DNA of 64,000 nucleotides from Alistipes communis (GTDB taxonomy: Bacteria; Bacillota_I; Bacilli_A; RFN20; CAG-826), in assembly GCA_963655775.1 (NCBI GenBank), contig CAVKFY010000087.1, forward strand, positions 260 through 64,259. The letters are read 5' to 3'. Each line of letters begins with the position of its first letter. Within the stretch, counting starts at the first letter, position 1. The translations under genes were made by a program, and so were the position numbers. Under the pieces are notes generated by a model. The model was not told the DNA's origin. It saw only the letters and a program-made list of their open reading frames with translations, and did not search any database. Shown in pieces: positions 35,682-43,832 of the stretch.

Positions 35682-36446
35682 TTAAATGAATCTCTTTTTT
35701 AGCCTATAGTATGTTGCTTTGCTAATATTTAGACTCTCTAAGGCTTGATCAAGAGTAATTATTCCTTTGGAAACTGCTTCGCTTTGTTCAAGGAAAAACA
35801 ACTTATCAATACTTAATGGCTTTCTACCTTTATATTTGTTTTCGGATTTTGCTAGTTCAATTCCTTTTTGAATGTCGCTTTTCATTTCTTTGAAGGATTT
35901 CGAATATATAAATTTTAACGATTCAAATACTTTTTTATCATTTAGTAAAGATCTGTTCTTAAGGAATATTTGGTCTCCATGGCTGATTCCATTAAGAATC
36001 TTTTTTATTGTCCCAAGAGTGTTGCATTTGCCTAACTCGTCTTCCAAAGTAATACTTTTTCTTTCTTTGAATTCGCTCATATAAAAATTGTCGCCGGAGT
36101 ATTGATATTTAGTGTTGATTAGATAGCGTATTGGATCCATGAATTTTAAACCTGCTTCGGCTAAAAGATCGTAGTAGTCTTCTCTGTTTTCTGAAGGTAC
36201 TCTTTCGGAGATAAAAACTGGGATGATATTTTCTCTTATGTATTCTTTTCTTCTAAGTGATAGATCTAAACCGGGTATGCCTTGAAAAAGATTGCTATTT
36301 AACAAATCAATTACATCGTAATATGGTGTAAAAACATATTTAAATGATGAATCCGGATATAATGTGTAATCTAGCTTACAAATTGCATATTCGATGTTTA
36401 TTTCATCTTTTAGCATAATGAGACCAGTGCTCGTAAAGTTATTCAT
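35682..36446 (-). CDS. Hypothetical protein with a C-terminal helix-turn-helix domain, translationally coupled downstream of the HipA-like kinase (candidate cognate partner/antitoxin).
   Basis: C-terminal ITLDQALESLNISKATYYRLKKRF HTH; ATGA overlap with the upstream gene; ggagaa RBS. Confidence 0.5.
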   Translation of the reverse strand: MNNFTSTGLIMLKDEINIEYAICKLDYTLYPDSSFKYVFTPYYDVIDLLNSNLFQGIPGLDLSLRRKEYIRENIIPVFISERVPSENREDYYDLLAEAGLKFMDPIRYLINTKYQYSGDNFYMSEFKERKSITLEDELGKCNTLGTIKKILNGISHGDQIFLKNRSLLNDKKVFESLKFIYSKSFKEMKSDIQKGIELAKSENKYKGRKPLSIDKLFFLEQSEAVSKGIITLDQALESLNISKATYYRLKKRFI

Positions 36447-37315
36447 TTCTTATTCTCCATCATCTTTTCGTGTGAATATTTGATAATTTTTTCGTATCTA
36501 GAAGATAACATCGTTTTATAAAACGTTTTATGCAAATCTGATATGTTTAACTCATCAATTAATGCGTTTAGTTCTTCTAAATCAATCTTCTTGTAAATCT
36601 TCTCTAACGCTTTATTGCATTCTGAAAATTCTAAAGATGATATTACATCAAAATAGGATGATTTTTTGCCGTGCAAAAGAATTTGTGAAGTAGGAAATTT
36701 ATAAATTCTTTTATCAATTTCGTCTTTATTAGAAATAACGAATTTCATTTCATCTTCATTGATCATTTGAGGGAAAAGACATGAACCATTATCGAATACG
36801 GGAGCAAGCGTATATTTGTTATCTTTCTTTAAAAATCCCCAGTTTCCACCATGACGATCAAAATTTCCTAGCAAAGCGTCTACAATAAACATTTCAAAGA
36901 ATGTAGATACTGTTTCTTCTACGTTAGTAATTTTTTTATTACGCTCAAGAAGAACAACGATATCTTCGTAGCTGTATTGATATTTTTCTTTATCCCTCTC
37001 GATTGAAGACTCCCCAACATCATTAAAAGGTACGAATTGAGTTCCTACCTCAATAAAATCTTTACAAGCTACGACGTTATCTTCTTTATATGTGCCTAAA
37101 TATGTTTTTTGTGCGTTAAATCCTAGTAATTCAAAAACATGGCTACCTAAGTATTCAGAGATATGATTGAACCTATATCCAAAAGGAGTGGCTTTTTGAA
37201 ATTTCAACATATATCTCTCACCGTTTATGAGTATGCCAAGTTTTCTTTCGGATCCTCCATAATAGAATTTGCTTAATGGGCAATTACTAAAATCGACTTC
37301 AATGTTTGAGCTCAT
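36443..37315 (-). CDS. HipA-C-like serine/threonine kinase core (HipA-homologous toxin family, short form).
   Basis: HipA_C catalytic motifs LLGNFDRHGGNWGF (D-x-H-x-x-N) and DNGSCLF (DFG-equivalent). 290 aa, lacking the N-terminal subdomains of E. coli HipA. Confidence 0.6.
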   Translation of the reverse strand: MSSNIEVDFSNCPLSKFYYGGSERKLGILINGERYMLKFQKATPFGYRFNHISEYLGSHVFELLGFNAQKTYLGTYKEDNVVACKDFIEVGTQFVPFNDVGESSIERDKEKYQYSYEDIVVLLERNKKITNVEETVSTFFEMFIVDALLGNFDRHGGNWGFLKKDNKYTLAPVFDNGSCLFPQMINEDEMKFVISNKDEIDKRIYKFPTSQILLHGKKSSYFDVISSLEFSECNKALEKIYKKIDLEELNALIDELNISDLHKTFYKTMLSSRYEKIIKYSHEKMMENKK

Positions 37316-37466
37316 ATCTATATGATAAGCCTATTTTCTTATAGTCTCAATAGGGTATCAAAGTAAAAATGATACTCATTATTACGATGGAGAATTTCTT
37401 ATAAATGAGTTTTATTCAAACAAAGGATATATTAAAAATATTCGATAAACTGCCATCTTTTGGAAT

Positions 37467-37510
37467 ATCGATAGCGGAAATTAAGAAAAAAGTGAATTTC
37501 CGCTATCGAT
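37467..37510. repeat. Perfect 16-bp inverted repeat (strong hairpin or palindromic operator) in the spacer between the AbiE and HipA-like modules.
   Basis: atcgatagcggaaatt (37467-37482) and aatttccgctatcgat (37495-37510), 12-nt spacer. Confidence 0.6.
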
Positions 37511-37565
37511 AGTAAATATACTAATAGAGTTCTAATGTTTATTTAGATGAATTCGCTAAATACAG

Positions 37566-38334
37566 TTATTCTCCTTTTATATTTTTTGTGATTGAATCAA
37601 AGAAATTAGCCGACCAAATATTCAAAACACTTATGTCTTTGATGAATGGGAGGACGTCTTGTTTTGCGACTTCATAGTTAATCTCGTTAAATCTTTCGCA
37701 CAAAAAAGCTTTCACTTCATCAAGCGTTAAAATGTGATTCTCTTTTATGAATCCAGACTGTTTTAATCTTGCTTCAAGGTGCTTCATATTGAACGAAACG
37801 CTTTTTGATATATAGAAAATGTAATCGTATAAGTCTCTGCCTTTTGTTCTGCTTTTCCAGTTTCTAGATAAAACTGCAGCTATTTTTCCGACGAAAAGAG
37901 AATTGATGTCATACAAAGAACATTCATAGGGAACAGGGATCAATCTATATTGAGTGTCGAATGTCGCAAAAGGTGGAGGATTTGTATCTATTTCAAATTT
38001 GATTTTGATTGCTGAATCGAATGTTTTTGTTTTCGTTTCTATTCTCATATTCAGTCCCATCGACTTGATTTCTTTTTCTAGCGTTGAAAAATACTTTTCT
38101 AGAGAAAAAGACTCATCAGGCTCTCTAAGCGAGAAGTCCAGATCTTCGGAATATCTATCTAAACCATAAAATATTCTAAGAGCGTGCCTCCATAAAAACA
38201 GCCTTATCGAAGAAACCTGATTTTGAGAGACCGCACAATAGAATTTCCTGGATGGTTTCTTTCGTGACATTATTCTTTTCTTGATTTGTTTTTGGAGAAT
38301 AACGTTCTAACATTTCATCAATCATTGTGTTCAT
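37566..38334 (-). pseudogene. AbiEii/AbiGii-family nucleotidyltransferase (type IV TA toxin) inactivated by two single-nucleotide deletions.
   Basis: The true ATG at 38334 (gaaggag RBS) gives MNTMIDEMLERYSPKTNQEKNNVTKETIQEILLCGLSKSGFFDKAVF, then a stop at 38176-38178. The conserved motif F-YGGT-ALRIFYGLDRYSEDLDF is spread over three reading frames, which is consistent with a missing T in a T-run (~38195-38199) and a missing G (~38185). The remainder (234-aa ORF from 38270) continues with RYSEDLDF NTase motifs. Confidence 0.65.
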
Positions 38335-38920
38335 TCTTTTGTCTCCTTCTCATGAATTTGTATAGAAGAGTAATGTTTCTGGATTTATAACGTTCAGACA
38401 AAATTCGAATTTCTTCTACGTCTAATTTATTAAATTCATTTTCATCGATTCTTAAATCTTCAAAAAGCAATGTATATAAATCTTCTTGGTTTGCTGTAGG
38501 TTTCAATGAGTAGAGCTTGTCGCATAAGGCCTTTTCTCTTATGGCTATAAAATAGGAATAATTACCTTCCTGCTTGGATTCTACGCCCAACGAAAACACA
38601 GATGAAGGGACGTCTTGATAAGCGAAACAACCAAAAGCGGTTTTATATTTCTTGGATTTTTTCTTTAAGCATGTAGCGGATGTGTACGTGTAGACTCTTT
38701 CGGGGATCATGCCATAATAGCTCAAGGCAAAATCAAAAGACAAGTATGATGGTCCATAAATAACTCCAGCTAAAAGATAGCCGTCAATATTGCTATCTGT
38801 TTCATATAATCCCTTTACTATTGGGATTAGTTTATTTTTTGAAACGAGGCTTCTTATTTTTTTATATGGATCACTAAAATTGTTATACTCATTTAGCAAC
38901 ATTTTAGTAAAAATTATCAT
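38318..38920 (-). CDS. AbiEi-family type IV TA antitoxin / transcriptional regulator (COG5340-like), intact.
   Basis: N-terminal wHTH-like region with ...KLIPIVKGLYE and SYLSFDFALSYYGMIPE characteristic of AbiEi_4. Its stop overlaps the AbiEii start. Start set at ATG 38920 with an aggagcaaat RBS. Confidence 0.6.
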   Translation of the reverse strand: MIIFTKMLLNEYNNFSDPYKKIRSLVSKNKLIPIVKGLYETDSNIDGYLLAGVIYGPSYLSFDFALSYYGMIPERVYTYTSATCLKKKSKKYKTAFGCFAYQDVPSSVFSLGVESKQEGNYSYFIAIREKALCDKLYSLKPTANQEDLYTLLFEDLRIDENEFNKLDVEEIRILSERYKSRNITLLYKFMRRRQKNEHND

Positions 38921-39005
38921 ATTTGCTCCTCTAACTGGAATTGGAGGCAAGTTAGTGGAGCAAATCAAACAAAAAACGAAAATATAAAGCGAATATAAAA
39001 AGAGG

Positions 39006-39350
39006 CTACAATGCCTCTATTTCAACTATTTCAATGTCTTTGCCATTTATTGGCGTGTACGAATTGCTAATTTTGCAGTTTGGACAAGTATAGTTATTTT
39101 CTTTTAGATTGAAGATTGTTCCACAAGATAGGCACCTTGCTTCAGACGGCAACATGTTTATCTTCAATCTCGTGTTTTTTAGGGGAGTGTCTTTTATTGC
39201 GGCATCCCAACAAACTCGGAAATAACTTTCTTCAACACCAGAGGACTCTCCGATGTTAAGTGTTACCGATAAAAGCTCTTTAACGTTGTTTTCCTTGATG
39301 ATGGTATTTAATTGCTCAATGCTCATCAAGACATAACTCATTTCATGCAT
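39006..39350 (-). CDS. hypA: Hydrogenase/urease nickel-insertion metallochaperone HypA.
   Basis: N-terminal MHE nickel-binding motif (MHEMS); zinc-ribbon CLSCG...CPNC. 114 aa. Confidence 0.8.
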   Translation of the reverse strand: MHEMSYVLMSIEQLNTIIKENNVKELLSVTLNIGESSGVEESYFRVCWDAAIKDTPLKNTRLKINMLPSEARCLSCGTIFNLKENNYTCPNCKISNSYTPINGKDIEIVEIEAL

Positions 39351-39351
39351 G

Positions 39352-40026
39352 TTATTTAGCTTGATATTCTTTAACTTGTTTCAAGAGATATTCAGCAATT
39401 TTATCCATGCCTTCGCCAGTTTTTGCTGAAACAGGGAAGAAGGTGGAATTAGGATTCAACTTTAAGATGTGATCTTCTGCTTTCTTGATATCAAAATCAA
39501 AGACTGAAATTGCATCTAATTTTGTAAAGACAACAACATCTGCAACAGTAAACATCAATGGATATTTAAGAGGCTTGTCATCTCCTTCAGGAATGGAAAG
39601 TAATTCAAAGGATGAAGTCGCGCCAGTATTAAATTCTGCAGGGCAAACAAGATTACCAATGTTCTCTAAGAAAATTAAATCTAAGTCATCGATGCCAAAG
39701 CCAGTAAGCGCGTCATCAACCATTTTTGCATCAAGATGGCATTCGCCAGATGTATGAATTTGAATTGATTTAACGCCAGTGTTTTTAGAGATCGTTTCTG
39801 CATCAACAACTGCATCCATATCAGCTTCAATAACACCAATACGTAAATCCTTCTTTAAACGGTTAATTAAGTTAACCAAGAATGTTGTTTTTCCCGAACC
39901 AGGGGAAGACATAAGATTAACCAAATATACATTTTTCTCTTTGAGCTTCTTTCTTACTTCTTCCGCACGAGAATTGTTGTTTGCAAACACGCTTTGTTTT
40001 ACTTTGATAACACGAATTTCATCCAT
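39352..40026 (-). CDS. hypB: Nickel-insertion GTPase HypB (SIMIBI G3E family).
   Basis: Walker A GSPGSGKTT; ENIGNLVCPA (CH motif region); NKxD-like TKLD. Stop overlaps the hypA start. Confidence 0.8.
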   Translation of the reverse strand: MDEIRVIKVKQSVFANNNSRAEEVRKKLKEKNVYLVNLMSSPGSGKTTFLVNLINRLKKDLRIGVIEADMDAVVDAETISKNTGVKSIQIHTSGECHLDAKMVDDALTGFGIDDLDLIFLENIGNLVCPAEFNTGATSSFELLSIPEGDDKPLKYPLMFTVADVVVFTKLDAISVFDFDIKKAEDHILKLNPNSTFFPVSAKTGEGMDKIAEYLLKQVKEYQAK

Positions 40027-40097
40027 AATTGTTTTTCCTTTTTAATGCTTTTATATTTTATAAAAAATCCGAAAAGTTACAAGAAAAGTGCCCTCTT

Positions 40098-40745
40098 TTA
40101 GAAAAGAGAGTCATCTTTGTCCACGATGTATCTGTATAAGAATATTGTTGCAATTGTCGCGGGGATTGGCGTTAACCAAATAAACCACAAACTCCAACCT
40201 ATTTTTGTATCCATGCCTAATTCTAGGTATATTGCCAAAGCCAAGGCCCAGAATAAGCAAAGAACGCTCGCAAGCATAATTTTATTCTTATGCCATTTCT
40301 TTGCAAAATACATTTCTACTAGAATTGATGATGGTATTGCCCAAATGAATATTAACCACGGGCTCCATGACGTTAAATTCGATACTCTTAACGCTGAATA
40401 AACTACAGCAGCAATCGTCCAAATAAAGACAACAGCAAGACAAACGACAATGAATTTATTCCTTCTAACATCTTTAGGATTTGTCTTGCCATCTTTTTCT
40501 AAGGTTTCATCAGAATGTTCGCTAATTAAATAATCCAACGTTACTCCATAAAATGAAGCAAGTTCTGCTAAAACATTAATATCAGGCAACCCTTCACCAG
40601 TTTCCCATTTAGAGATGGATTTATCCGAATAGGAAAACTCTTCAGCCAATTGGCCTTGAGTTAATCCTCTAGCTTTTCTTAAGGTAGATAAATTATGTGA
40701 TACGATTTTCGAGACATCTTTCATTACTGGAACTATTTTATACAA
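40098..40745 (-). CDS. XRE-family HTH transcriptional regulator fused to a C-terminal 4-TM membrane domain.
   Basis: LSTLRKARGLTQGQLAEEFSYSDKSISKWETGEGLPDINVLAELASFYGVTLDYL followed by four hydrophobic helices. Confidence 0.65.
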   Translation of the reverse strand: MYKIVPVMKDVSKIVSHNLSTLRKARGLTQGQLAEEFSYSDKSISKWETGEGLPDINVLAELASFYGVTLDYLISEHSDETLEKDGKTNPKDVRRNKFIVVCLAVVFIWTIAAVVYSALRVSNLTSWSPWLIFIWAIPSSILVEMYFAKKWHKNKIMLASVLCLFWALALAIYLELGMDTKIGWSLWFIWLTPIPATIATIFLYRYIVDKDDSLF

Positions 40746-40893
40746 ATATCCTGGAAATTTAAATTTTTAAGTGTAAAACTCAATTGAAATGGAGATGGGC
40801 AATAATAATGCCAAACAATTATTTAATTGTTTTTTGCAATTCACGATTTCTAAGTTAAAATAAACCAAAGGAGGAAATAAACAAACAACAAAT

Positions 40894-42459
40894 ATGTATC
40901 AAGAGGAATTGAAATCCTCGAACTTAGCAAAATTCTTAAATGATTATGACTATGTTTTCGTGGATACATGTTCCTTGATGGAAGACTCGTTTCCTTTATT
41001 CATGGATCACTTGGCTGCATCCAAAGAATATTGGAGAGATGAATTGCAAGTAATTGTTCTTGGAGAATGTTTGGAAGAGCTCAAGAAACATTCAAAAGAA
41101 AAAGACAAAGAGCGTAATTCAAGTAGAATTGCTGCGACTAGGGCATTAAAGATCATCAAGCATGATAAATGGCGTTCTAAAACATTAACAATTACTAAAT
41201 GTGATGGCGATTCCTTTGCGGATAATGCCATATTCACAAAAGTTTCTAGCTTACGGATTCATAATAAAATCCTTGTTATCACCCAAGACAAAACCTTAAC
41301 AACGGATTTATTGAAATTAAACAGGCTTGATTCACAAAAGGGGAGATGTCTTAGTGTATATCGTTTGAATCAACAATCGGAATTAGAAAAAAATCCAGGC
41401 GAAAATAGCGAAAAACCTTTTAACAAGAAACATGACGCTTCGTCTTTTCAGAAGGTAGAAAAAGACAAAAAAGAAATGCCTTTAACCAAGGCACAAAGAA
41501 CTTTGATTCAAGAAGATTCTAGAATTTTTGAGAATCTTACGAATCAAAAATACAAACTCAAAAACAAAATTAGAGATATCGATGATCAAATTCTTCGTAT
41601 CAATAAGATTGGAAAAGAATCTATAGCAAATCTAAAACTCCATTTCCAAAAAGAAGATCTTCTTAAGAAGAAGGCTGAACTTCTTTCTGCTAAATCATTT
41701 CAAAAAGATAAAAAGAAAGAAGAAGTAGCACCAATTCAACAACAAACCATCGTGACTAAAGGCAAGAAAGCTAGCGAAGCCCTAAAACGTCTAGCATTGA
41801 ATTATCATTCAATTGTTAGAGATGCCAGTGTTCCTTACGTTCCTGAGGTTCATGGTGAACTGAATCTTACAATGGAAGACTTGGTTAACGTTGATTCTCT
41901 TTCTTCTAAGAAAGGGGACTTCACCTATTCTAAGGGAGGAATTGTATATTCATTCGTTAAAGGAAATGAATATTCCGCTTCAATTCAGAAGAATCCTTCT
42001 AAGGAAAATAAAAACAACAAAAAGCCATCTTCTCCTGTAAAAGAGAAGAAGCCCGCGCCTGTAAAAGAGAAAGAAAAACCTATAGTAAAAGACGAATCTC
42101 TTTCTAAGAAAAAGATCAAAGTCGTTAAGGTTAAAGGCTCTACATCAGGAGGATCTTCTTCAGCAATACCAGAGGGAATAATTCTTGTTGTTGGGGAAGC
42201 GAAGAAGAAAAAGAACACTAAAGAAGAACGTGTTGCAATAGTAAAAAACTCTTCAAATAAGAGTTTGCTTAACGAAGCAATCGTCGCAGACCGTGTTCTC
42301 AATGCAAATCTCAACAATCCTAACTATCCTAAGGATAAATCCCTTCAAGAAATAAAGAAGCAAAAAGATAGACTAAAGAAACTCGATGCAAAAGATGTTT
42401 CTTCCTTCCAACTCAAACTTGCTGATTTAGAAAGACTTGAAAAGGCAAAAAAGAAGTAA
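40894..42459 (+). CDS. PIN-like N-terminal domain protein with a long Lys/Glu-rich low-complexity C-terminal region.
   Basis: YVFVDTCSLMED...VIVLGECLEEL...ILVITQDKTL resembles a PIN/NYN nuclease fold. Residues ~150-520 are K/E/P-rich repeats (KEKKPAPVKEKEKP). Confidence 0.35.
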   Translation: MYQEELKSSNLAKFLNDYDYVFVDTCSLMEDSFPLFMDHLAASKEYWRDELQVIVLGECLEELKKHSKEKDKERNSSRIAATRALKIIKHDKWRSKTLTITKCDGDSFADNAIFTKVSSLRIHNKILVITQDKTLTTDLLKLNRLDSQKGRCLSVYRLNQQSELEKNPGENSEKPFNKKHDASSFQKVEKDKKEMPLTKAQRTLIQEDSRIFENLTNQKYKLKNKIRDIDDQILRINKIGKESIANLKLHFQKEDLLKKKAELLSAKSFQKDKKKEEVAPIQQQTIVTKGKKASEALKRLALNYHSIVRDASVPYVPEVHGELNLTMEDLVNVDSLSSKKGDFTYSKGGIVYSFVKGNEYSASIQKNPSKENKNNKKPSSPVKEKKPAPVKEKEKPIVKDESLSKKKIKVVKVKGSTSGGSSSAIPEGIILVVGEAKKKKNTKEERVAIVKNSSNKSLLNEAIVADRVLNANLNNPNYPKDKSLQEIKKQKDRLKKLDAKDVSSFQLKLADLERLEKAKKK

Positions 42460-42503
42460 AGAAAAAAGACTCTTGGAGCAAAATCCAGGAGCCTTTTCTT
42501 TAT

Positions 42504-43649
42504 TTACATCAATTTCTTAAAGAGAGCTACAACTTCTTCGTGGGTTGCTTCCTTTGGATTGCCTGGGTAGCAAGCATCATGGAGAGCGTCGGTTGCAAGA
42601 GAATCTAAGTCAGAGGCTAAGATCTTTTCGCACTTTGTTGGAATTCCAACATCAACGGATAATTGCTTAACGGCGTTGATTGCAGCAGCACGATATTCTT
42701 CTTGACTCATATTTTCAACACCATTAACACCTAAAGCGATAGCGATATCTTTATATTTTGTGCCAGTGACATCTGCGTTGAATTCCATAGCGATTGGGAG
42801 AAGCATAGCGCATGCAACACCATGTGGAACGTCATAATATGCAGATAACGTATGTGCCATAGCGTGGTCAATACCTAAGCCAACATTGGAGAATCCCATA
42901 CCAGCAATATATTGTCCTAAAGCCATTCCTTCACGGCCTTCTGGGGTGTTTTTAACGGCATCTCTAAGGCTCTTTCCAATGATTTCGATGGCTTTGATAT
43001 GGAACATATCGGACATTGTCCATGCGCCACGAGTGATATAGCCTTCGATAGCGTGAGTAAGTGCGTCCATACCTGTGGCAGCGGTTAATCCTTTTGGCAT
43101 TGAAGACATCATATCTGGGTCAACAATAGCAATGATTGGCATATCGTGGGCATCAACACAAACGAACTTTCTCTTTCTTTCGACATCGGTGATGACGTAG
43201 TTGATTGTGACCTCAGCTGCTGTGCCGGCGGTTGTGGAAACTGCGATGATTGGCAAGCATGGCTTCTTTGTTGGAGCAACACCTTCAAGGCTTCTGACAT
43301 CCTCGAATTCTGGGTTGGTCATGATGATACCGATTGCTTTAGAGGTATCCATGCTAGAACCTCCGCCGATAGCAATGATGAAATCGGCACCAGCTTCCTT
43401 ACAAGCCTTAACGCCGCTTATAACGTTTTCGATTGTTGGATTTGGTTTGATGTTGTCATATAAAGTGTAGGCGACACCAGCTTTATCCAATAATGATGTA
43501 ACCTTGGCTGTGACTCCAAACTTAACTAAATCAGGATCGGAGCAGACAAGACCTTTCTTAAATCCTCTTGCTTCAATTTCAGGGACAATGTTTTCGATCG
43601 CACCATGTCCATGATAGGAAGTTTCATTCAACATGAATCTGTAAGACAT
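42504..43649 (-). CDS. Iron-containing alcohol dehydrogenase (FucO/lactaldehyde reductase or 1,3-propanediol dehydrogenase-like).
   Basis: Fe-ADH motifs GGGSSMDTSKAI, His cluster HAMAHTLS...DVPHG; gaggtaaaaag RBS. Confidence 0.85.
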   Translation of the reverse strand: MSYRFMLNETSYHGHGAIENIVPEIEARGFKKGLVCSDPDLVKFGVTAKVTSLLDKAGVAYTLYDNIKPNPTIENVISGVKACKEAGADFIIAIGGGSSMDTSKAIGIIMTNPEFEDVRSLEGVAPTKKPCLPIIAVSTTAGTAAEVTINYVITDVERKRKFVCVDAHDMPIIAIVDPDMMSSMPKGLTAATGMDALTHAIEGYITRGAWTMSDMFHIKAIEIIGKSLRDAVKNTPEGREGMALGQYIAGMGFSNVGLGIDHAMAHTLSAYYDVPHGVACAMLLPIAMEFNADVTGTKYKDIAIALGVNGVENMSQEEYRAAAINAVKQLSVDVGIPTKCEKILASDLDSLATDALHDACYPGNPKEATHEEVVALFKKLM

Positions 43650-43784
43650 TCTTTTTACCTCTATTTTCTATCGTTTCAAAACGATTACTTTTCAAGTTTA
43701 ACATTCTTTGTTTTATATCGGTATAGTTTTATCAAAATGATTGAAATATTGAAAAATGAGCATAAATGAAAATATGAGGATATA

Positions 43785-43814
43785 AGAAAAGACCATCCAA
43801 TGAAGGACGGTCTT
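43785..43814 (-). terminator. Rho-independent terminator for the minus-strand lipoprotein gene.
   Basis: aagaccatcc-aatgaa-ggacggtctt, followed by ttttct on the minus strand. Confidence 0.5.
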
Positions 43815-43832
43815 AAGCGTTTTGTTTATAGA

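Noticed and set aside
37405-37512. 35-codon ORF MSFIQTKDILKIFDKLPSFGISIAEIKKKVNFRYR reading into the 16-bp palindrome.
   Set aside because: It has no RBS, and its C-terminal half is simply the translated palindrome. It is mentioned only as an alternative to the operator/hairpin interpretation.
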